From: an uncultured Muribaculaceae bacterium
Lineage (GTDB): Bacteria; Bacteroidota; Bacteroidia; Bacteroidales; Muribaculaceae
NCBI GenBank assembly: GCA_910585755.1
Contig: CAJUFH010000007.1
Location: 4,862-68,861, forward strand
DNA length: 64,000 nucleotides
Reading direction: 5' to 3'
The position numbers and the translations under genes were made by a program. Numbering within the stretch: the stretch's first letter is position 1; every line of letters begins with the position of its first letter. Shown here piece after piece: positions 57,701 to 64,000 of the stretch. The notes beneath the pieces are model-generated. The model did no database searches. It was not told the DNA's origin and saw nothing but the letters and a program-made list of their open reading frames with translations.

Positions 57701-59362
57701 CTACATGAAGCAGAGGATGAGAGCCTGGGCGGCGACCACGCGGAGGAACATCGTCAGCGGGTAAACGGTCGAATAGGCGACCGCCGGAGCGTCGGAACCG
57801 GTGGAGTTGCCGGCATACGCCAGGGCGGGGGGATCGGTGTAACCGCCGGACATAAGTCCCATGATGGTCAGATAGTTTATCTTGTAGACACCGCGGGCAA
57901 TCAGGCCGACAACCAGCAGGGGCACGAAAGTGATGATGAAGCCCCAGATTACCCACCACATACCGGTATAGTTGAACACCGTGGAGGCGAAGTTGGCTCC
58001 CGCGCCTATGCCTACCGCGGCGAGGAACAGGCATATTCCCAACTCGCGCAGCATCAGCGAGGCCGAAGAGGAGGTATAGGTGACTAACTTGAACTTGTAG
58101 CCGAAGCGGCTCAGGAGAATAGCCACTACGAGGGGACCTCCGGCCAGGCCGAGCTTCATGCCGAAACCGACGTTGATCGAGCCGACGATGATACCGAAGA
58201 GGATGCCGACGAAGATTGTAATCAGGTTGGGATGGTCGAGACGCTTCATCGAGTTGCCGAGCTTCGAGGAGAGGCGGTCGATGTCGTTAAGGTCGCCGAC
58301 AATCGTAATACGGTCGCCTATCTGGAGGCGGAGGCCCGGAGTCGCGAGCAGGTCGACACCGGCACGGTTCACGCGGGTGCAGTTAAGGTTGTAACCCTTG
58401 TGGAGCCGGAGCTTTCCGAGGGCGACGCCGTTATAGGAGTTGTTGGTAATCAGGATTCGGCGGCTGACAACGTGCTCGGGAGCGACCTCGTTCCAGTCCT
58501 CGTCGTCCATCTCGATTGCCGGGCCCACGACAGCCTCGAAGCTGGGGAGGTCGACGGCGTTCATTACGACATAGAGCTTGTCGCCGACGCGGATCTGGGT
58601 AGTCGACTTGGGGATAATCGTCGAACCGTCCTGCTGCATGAGGCGCGACACGACGAACTCGCAGTGGATAATCTGGTGGAGCTGCACCAGGGTGCGTCCG
58701 TTAATCAGCGCGTTCGTGACCTCGAACGAAGCGAGGAAAGGCTTGCCCTGACCGTCTTCGGCCTCCGCGTTCATCGCCTCTACTTCTTTTTCGGTCTTGA
58801 CCCCGAAGACAGCCTTGATAATCAGCATCGCCATGATAATGCCAAGCACGCCAAGGGGATACGCGGCGGCGTAGCCCATCGACATCACGTTGACCGCCTC
58901 GGGATTCCCGGCGGCCTGCTGCGCGGCGGCGAGACCGGGAGTATTGGTGACGGCACCCGACATGACGCCTACCAGGGCCTCCATCGACGTGTTGCCGTCG
59001 ATATAGTAAATGGCGAGCACGATCGCGACGTTCAGCGCTATTCCGAGGACGGCCAGCATGTTAAGCCTTATGCCACCCTCCTTGAAAGAGGAGAAGAAGG
59101 CCGGCCCTACCTGGAGGCCGATCGCGAAGATAAACAGAATCAGGCCGAACTCGCGGACGAATTTCAGCACGTCGGGCTGCACCGTATAGCCGAAATGGCC
59201 CATCAGGATGCCGACGAACAGCACGAAAGTGACGCCCAGCGAAATCCCCGCGACGCGGAGCTTGCCAAGGTAGATGCCCGCGGCGATCACGAACGACAGC
59301 AGCACCAGAGTGCTTGCCAACGACGTATTCCCCGGCAGGAGCAGGTCAGAAAAGAAATCCAT
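57701..59362 (-). CDS. AspT/YidE/YbjL family transporter with two TrkA-C domains
   Basis: FGLILFIFAIGLQVGP, GAVTNTPGL, AGGPL, YSTVYPL. Confidence 0.93.
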   Translation of the reverse strand: MDFFSDLLLPGNTSLASTLVLLSFVIAAGIYLGKLRVAGISLGVTFVLFVGILMGHFGYTVQPDVLKFVREFGLILFIFAIGLQVGPAFFSSFKEGGIRLNMLAVLGIALNVAIVLAIYYIDGNTSMEALVGVMSGAVTNTPGLAAAQQAAGNPEAVNVMSMGYAAAYPLGVLGIIMAMLIIKAVFGVKTEKEVEAMNAEAEDGQGKPFLASFEVTNALINGRTLVQLHQIIHCEFVVSRLMQQDGSTIIPKSTTQIRVGDKLYVVMNAVDLPSFEAVVGPAIEMDDEDWNEVAPEHVVSRRILITNNSYNGVALGKLRLHKGYNLNCTRVNRAGVDLLATPGLRLQIGDRITIVGDLNDIDRLSSKLGNSMKRLDHPNLITIFVGILFGIIVGSINVGFGMKLGLAGGPLVVAILLSRFGYKFKLVTYTSSSASLMLRELGICLFLAAVGIGAGANFASTVFNYTGMWWVIWGFIITFVPLLVVGLIARGVYKINYLTIMGLMSGGYTDPPALAYAGNSTGSDAPAVAYSTVYPLTMFLRVVAAQALILCFM

Positions 59363-59568
59363 AAATAAATAGTGCCTTAAAAAACAGTACCTTAAATAAA
59401 TTCGTTTTTCAACCGCGAAGTTACGCCTTTTTCGCGGATTTTAACACCTTTTCCGGCAGTTTTCCCGCGGAAAATTCCGCGGCGGTCTCCGATGTGTCTA
59501 CTTTTTTGCGCGCAAATTTGTTATTCTATTGATAATAAGTTATATTCGCGCAATAAAGAACAAGCATT

Positions 59569-59820
59569 ATGGAAACATTATCAGTAAGAGATTATAGAAA
59601 CAGCCTTGCCGCCTCCTTCTCCAAGGCTGACAGAGGGGAGACCGTCCTCATCCGCCGGAAAAACCAGATTTACGCCCTGGTAAGCGTAGGCCGCGAGGAC
59701 TTGATGGTCACACCTGAGCTTCAGGCCCGGATCGCCGAGGCGGAGAATGCCTGCAAAGAGGGGCGTTGCGTCTCCTGCCGGTCGAAAGAGGAACTTGAAA
59801 ATTTCCTTGAATCCCTGTGA
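59569..59820 (+). CDS. Phd/YefM-type antitoxin
   Basis: METLSVRDYRNSL..GETVLIRR N-terminal pattern; overlaps the toxin start. Confidence 0.8.
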   Translation: METLSVRDYRNSLAASFSKADRGETVLIRRKNQIYALVSVGREDLMVTPELQARIAEAENACKEGRCVSCRSKEELENFLESL

Positions 59821-60092
59821 TGTACACGCTTAAATTCGACCAAAAGGTAACCGGGGTAATCGCCAAATGGAAGAAATCCAACCCTATCCTTTTCAAAAAA
59901 CTGTCGAAAATCCTTGCCGCTATCGCCGAAAATCCCCGCCACGGAATCGGGCATCCCGAACCTATGGTCGGCGGTGGCGGCGTAACCTATTCCCGACACA
60001 TATCCGCCCATAACAGAATCATATACCGCATTCACGACGAGGAGGTTTATGTCCTGATTATCGAACTGGAAGGGCATTACAACGACAAATAA
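59817..60092 (+). CDS. Txe/YoeB family mRNA interferase toxin
   Basis: NPRHGIGHPEP, YSRHI..NRIIY, terminal GHY. Confidence 0.88.
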   Translation: MMYTLKFDQKVTGVIAKWKKSNPILFKKLSKILAAIAENPRHGIGHPEPMVGGGGVTYSRHISAHNRIIYRIHDEEVYVLIIELEGHYNDK

Positions 60093-60147
60093 GTATTTTA
60101 AGGTGAAGAGTGAAAGGTGAAGGATTGAGCTTGCGCAAGTTGAATAG

Positions 60148-60903
60148 TCAGTAGCGGAGGTTGAACTTGATTTTGTGGTTACGGGCCCAGCGCTTCCAGA
60201 AGCGCTCGCGGTAAGCGAGGAGCTCGGCGCTGGCGGCGTCGGGGTCCGCGCCGCGGGCCAGAGCGTATTCGCGGGCCAGGAGGTCAAACATCTCGGGCTG
60301 CCCCCAGAGACGCACGAAGCCGCGAAGCCCTTCGCGGAAGTCAACGGGGCGGAACTCCATGCGGTTGATGTCAACCAGCGAGAAGAGCCACCCCCCGCGG
60401 CCGTCGCTGTCGAAAAGGATGTTGCCGGGGGAATAGTCGCGGTGGATGATTTCAGCTTCGTGGAGGCGCGCGGTGAGGCGCGCAAACTCCCTCATTACCG
60501 GGCCGAACTGCTCCTCCGTCGCATCGCCGAACTCGAAAAAGCGCCTGCGCAGCCCGCTCTGGACGCTGACGAAATAAGAAAAGGCAATCAGGCCCCCCTC
60601 GCGCCGCTCGATATAGGCCACGGGTGCCGGGGTATCGAACCCTTTTTCAAGCAGCACACGCGGGTACTCGAAGGCGCGTACCCCCTTGGGCTTGCGGAGG
60701 AACGTATAAGCGACGCGGTTAATCCATATAGGCACTCGGTAGCGCTTGACGTTCAGCTCAGGCCCCCCGGGAGGGGTGACGGCCCGGATTTCATTGCGCC
60801 CCGAATGGATGACGCGGCCTCCGGCGAAATGCTCCTCGATATTCTCGAGGTATGGGCGCAGGTGCTCGTACTCAGGGGCTATTCGTATCAGAGGTCGGCT
60901 CAT
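60148..60903 (-). CDS. Kdo/WaaP/InaA-family lipopolysaccharide kinase-like protein
   Basis: VKRY, HRDYSPGNIL, LVDINR. Confidence 0.88.
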   Translation of the reverse strand: MSRPLIRIAPEYEHLRPYLENIEEHFAGGRVIHSGRNEIRAVTPPGGPELNVKRYRVPIWINRVAYTFLRKPKGVRAFEYPRVLLEKGFDTPAPVAYIERREGGLIAFSYFVSVQSGLRRRFFEFGDATEEQFGPVMREFARLTARLHEAEIIHRDYSPGNILFDSDGRGGWLFSLVDINRMEFRPVDFREGLRGFVRLWGQPEMFDLLAREYALARGADPDAASAELLAYRERFWKRWARNHKIKFNLRY

Positions 60904-60915
60904 AAGGGAGGGGGG

Positions 60916-61752
60916 TTATTTGTCTTTCCAGAAGAATTTGCTGCCCGTGTGCTGGACGCGCTTCTCCACGGGCGGAATAGTCATATAGTCCGGGTACTGC
61001 GGAATCATGAACGTATGGTAGTCCTTCGGCACGCGCACCTCGGTGTCCTCAAACGGCATGAGCATTGTTTCGTCCAGGATGTCGGCGGGATAATGGTCGC
61101 GGTAGACCCATCTTCTCACACCAAGCTGGGAGACGTGGCCTGTCGCCCCGACGGGATATTTGCGCATCATTCCCAACAGTTTGTTGTTCTGCGCCATAAT
61201 GTCGGCCTTAGAGTATTTCAGCCGCTTTGCCAAGGCACGCGCCCAGCGCTGCCATAGTTTTTTCCCGCCAGAAAGATGGCTCAGGTCGGAAAAGGTAGCA
61301 AGCGCCTTACGCATATGCACGAGCTTGTTATACTCCGTCCGGCACTCCTCGGCGTCGCGGTCGAACTCCTCCGGATCATCGCTCACGAAGTCGAGAGGGA
61401 ACACATCGACCCATACGCCGCCGCGCTCACCGGTTTTCCAGCCATATTTGCAGAAAGCCGCCGTATGGCACGTGTCATAAACGCGGGCGAGGGGCTGGTA
61501 GGAGTCCTCGCCGGGCACGGCAACCTTCAACCAGTCAGAGCGAAACTCGCGTACGAACCGCTCGTAGTCGGTCCGCGGCATCACGATATCTATATCGTCG
61601 TCCCAAGGAATGAATCCCTTGTGGCGCAAGGCTCCGATGAGGGTTCCGTAAGCGACGGTATACCTGATTCCGCGCTCCTCGCAAAACGCGTGGATTTCCT
61701 TCAATATTTCGAGAGAGAACAATTGCAGTTCTCTCAGTGTAAGTTCTTTCAT
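60916..61752 (-). CDS. LicD family phosphotransferase (copy 2)
   Basis: YGTLIGALRHKGFIPWDDDIDI, DVFPLD; true start ATG 61752 overlaps the upstream stop (ATGA). Confidence 0.92.
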   Translation of the reverse strand: MKELTLRELQLFSLEILKEIHAFCEERGIRYTVAYGTLIGALRHKGFIPWDDDIDIVMPRTDYERFVREFRSDWLKVAVPGEDSYQPLARVYDTCHTAAFCKYGWKTGERGGVWVDVFPLDFVSDDPEEFDRDAEECRTEYNKLVHMRKALATFSDLSHLSGGKKLWQRWARALAKRLKYSKADIMAQNNKLLGMMRKYPVGATGHVSQLGVRRWVYRDHYPADILDETMLMPFEDTEVRVPKDYHTFMIPQYPDYMTIPPVEKRVQHTGSKFFWKDK

Positions 61753-62597
61753 TTCTTGTTTTTCCAGTAGAACTTTGTGGCCGAGAGGGTATGCTGCTCG
61801 CGCTTGTCCTCCGGCGGGAGTTCCATATAGTTGGGATACTGGGGTATGAGGAAGGTATGGTAGTCCTTCGGCACGCGTACCTCCATGTCCTCGAACGGCA
61901 TCAGGATGTTGTTGTCGAACAGGTCGGCCGGGAGATGGTCGCGGTAGACCCAGTTGCGGATTCCGAGCTGCGAGACATGGCCCGTGGAGCCCCAGGGATA
62001 TTTCTCCATCAGCTCCCGCTGCTGGGCGCTCTCCTTCATGAGGTCGGGGAATCCGGCGCGTATCTTCCACCACTGGGCGCGGACCCACCGCCAGGGGAAA
62101 TGCCAGCGGGGAGGCACGTTGTGCAGGTCGGCGGCCTTGGCGAGCATCTTGCGGCGGCGCACCATTCGGCGGTAGAGCTGACGGCACTCCTCGGCATGGC
62201 GGTCGAACTCCTCCGGGTCGTCGGGCACGTTGTCAATAGGGTAAACGTCGATCCACAGTCCCGGGCGTTCCCCCTTTGTCATGAAGGGGTACTTTGTATA
62301 GGCCACGGTGTCGCGGGTATCGTAGACGCGGGCGATCGGCTGGCAGGAGTCCTCGCCGGGAATGGCGACCTTGGCCCTGTCGGAGCGGAAGCCGCGGATG
62401 AAGCGCTCGTAGTCGGGGCGCGGCATCACGATGTCTATATCGTCGTCCCAGGGTATGAACCCCTTGTGACGCAACACTCCGATCAGCGACCCGTAGGCCA
62501 TTGAATAGCGTATCCCCTCTGCCTCGCAGTAGGCGTGGATTTCCTTCATTAGGTCGAGCGACAGGAGCTGTATTTCGCGGAGTGTCAGTTCTTTCAT
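61749..62597 (-). CDS. LicD family phosphotransferase (copy 1)
   Basis: YGSLIGVLRHKGFIPWDDDIDI, DVYPID. Confidence 0.92.
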   Translation of the reverse strand: MKELTLREIQLLSLDLMKEIHAYCEAEGIRYSMAYGSLIGVLRHKGFIPWDDDIDIVMPRPDYERFIRGFRSDRAKVAIPGEDSCQPIARVYDTRDTVAYTKYPFMTKGERPGLWIDVYPIDNVPDDPEEFDRHAEECRQLYRRMVRRRKMLAKAADLHNVPPRWHFPWRWVRAQWWKIRAGFPDLMKESAQQRELMEKYPWGSTGHVSQLGIRNWVYRDHLPADLFDNNILMPFEDMEVRVPKDYHTFLIPQYPNYMELPPEDKREQHTLSATKFYWKNKK

Positions 62598-62623
62598 TGT
62601 ATGTGGCAGCAGGTTGTGGTGTG

Positions 62624-63955
62624 TTATTTTGTGGAAAGCGCGACAGTGTCAGTCCTGTCGATAAAGTCCCGCATCACGCGGCTGAGGGCGAGGCATATAC
62701 CGCGGCTCACCCCTCCGGCGGAGGCATCGCCGCGCCTTTCGTCGGCAATGGCGCGGAGGAAGGCGAGAATCTGGTATCGTATCCCCTCGCCGTCGAGCTG
62801 GAAGAAGTAGCGGCGGTTGTCCTGCGGGTTCTCGAAGCGCGCCTCGAAATAGTCGGTCTTCCACCAGGGGGCGGGGACGTAGATGTAGCCCTTAGTGCCG
62901 GAAACGACAAGCTCCCCCTCGCTCTTGACCCCTTTCGCGGCCATAGCCGAGGCGCATCCCGAGGGGTAGACCAGTGAGACTTTCGTAAACTCGTCGTAGC
63001 CTCCGACGAGCCGGGAGACAATCTGTTTGGAGCTGTATTCGGTGCCGAGAATCTGGAAGGCCGGGAGGAGGGCGATGGGACCCCAGTCGGCCAGGGAACT
63101 CCACTGGAGCTCGACGGACGCCGCGTCGGAGTAGTCGACGGGGCGGAGGGAGGTGCAGGTCGCGTCGACCGACACTACGTCGCCAATCAGCCCTCCGAGC
63201 GCCAGGAGCACCAGGCGGCGGTAGGCGGTAGCGTAGGCTGTCTTGCAGCCGGCCATAAGCGCGAGGCCCCGCTCGTCGGCGACGCGGAACAGCTCCGCGG
63301 TATCCTCCTCGCTGAGGGTCATCGGGAGTTCGAGCAGTACGTGGCGTCCATGCTCCAGGGCATAGCGGGCCTGGCGGTAATGGTCGCGCGGATGGGAGTA
63401 TATATATAAGGCGTCAACCTCCCCGACAAGCTCCTCGAACGACTGCCCGGGCGCGGGAGCCTTGGCGGTCGCGCCGTCGACGTAGCCACATTCGGCGATG
63501 TACTTCTCCGTGACGGAGCTTTGGCCGACCACGCCTATGACGACGTGGCGGCGCGCCGAGCGCAGCTCGGTGCTCGACACCCCGGCGGTGCGCTCGAGGT
63601 AGACTACCTCGCAGTATGGTTTCAGATAGTCGAATTTCCCTTCCCAGTCGCTTCCGATGGCGAAAATGTCGATTCCGCGGCCGCGTATATCGTCGATTTT
63701 CTGCCCCTCGTACTCCTCGGCTATAATCTCGTCGGCGATACCCGTGGCCCTGAGCGCCTCGACGCGCTCCATGAAACTCTGGCGCACGTTGATTTTCCCC
63801 CTGGCGCGGTCGAAGGCGTCGGAGGTGACCCCTACGACGAGGTAGTCGCCGAGAGCTTTCGCACGCTCCAGCAGGCGTATGTGGCCGTGGTGGAGGAGGT
63901 CGTAGGTGCCGTATGTGATGACTTTCTTCACTGGGGAGGAGTGTTTTCGTGTCAA
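62624..63955 (-). CDS. TagD-like cytidylyltransferase fused to a Gfo/Idh/MocA-like oxidoreductase domain
   Basis: TYGTYDLLHHGH (HxGH), GSDWEGKFD, RTAGVSST; then ALEHGRHVLLELP; TTG start overlaps an upstream TGA. Confidence 0.88.
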   Translation of the reverse strand: MTRKHSSPVKKVITYGTYDLLHHGHIRLLERAKALGDYLVVGVTSDAFDRARGKINVRQSFMERVEALRATGIADEIIAEEYEGQKIDDIRGRGIDIFAIGSDWEGKFDYLKPYCEVVYLERTAGVSSTELRSARRHVVIGVVGQSSVTEKYIAECGYVDGATAKAPAPGQSFEELVGEVDALYIYSHPRDHYRQARYALEHGRHVLLELPMTLSEEDTAELFRVADERGLALMAGCKTAYATAYRRLVLLALGGLIGDVVSVDATCTSLRPVDYSDAASVELQWSSLADWGPIALLPAFQILGTEYSSKQIVSRLVGGYDEFTKVSLVYPSGCASAMAAKGVKSEGELVVSGTKGYIYVPAPWWKTDYFEARFENPQDNRRYFFQLDGEGIRYQILAFLRAIADERRGDASAGGVSRGICLALSRVMRDFIDRTDTVALSTK

Positions 63956-64000
63956 ATCAGCCCGCGGCGTAGCATGTCGCGCAGGGCAGCAATCAGAGCG
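63952..64000 (-). CDS. C-terminal fragment of an upstream gene of the same operon (product unknown)
   Basis: ...ALIAALRDMLRRGLI* ending at TGA 63954-63952, overlapping the next TTG. Confidence 0.45.
   Translation of the reverse strand, partial: ALIAALRDMLRRGLI

Noticed and set aside
60916..62187. 423-aa extended LicD and other N-terminally extended ORF-track calls (8814, 10367, 5018, 7922, 55812)
   Set aside because: The extensions overlap neighbouring genes or promoters; internal starts with AT-rich leaders or stop/start overlaps fit better.

Overview
GC-rich Bacteroidales chromosomal segment, probably Muribaculaceae-like (inferred from gene content, TAnnTTTG-type promoters, AT-rich leaders and T9SS-type C-terminal tails). 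The housekeeping backbone comprises a patatin, a PIF1-like helicase, a Ca2+/Na+ antiporter, gcvT-H-PA-PB-lpdA, an M48 protease, ferredoxin, porE-GSCFA-murF/alr-lnb-like-PafA-like-secA, GH110/GH95/PL1 glycan enzymes, a TonB receptor with DUF4249, GtrA, ClC, a HAD hydrolase, an acyl-CoA ligase, a YidE/AspT transporter and a TagD/LicD surface-glycan operon. A probable Bacteroidales-1 (6S-like) RNA is also present. AT-richer accessory cassettes punctuate this backbone: MNT-HEPN (HEPN frameshifted), three paralogous modular membrane proteins, two secreted surface proteins, an AAA/DUF4143 ATPase, an m5C R-M pair and YefM-YoeB. Three signals stand out. (1) Three cassettes sit at the stop codon of a host gene and are bounded by a duplication of that gene's 3' end (two exact 11-bp repeats, one ~115-bp repeat), with no integrase or transposase in the window. 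(2) Two unrelated surface-protein cassettes share a promoter architecture TTAAC-N5-TTAAC-N4/5-G8-TAAAA-N14/15-TAnnTTTG. (3) Host genes become extremely C-rich/G-poor just before these insertion points. No rRNA, tRNA or CRISPR array was seen.
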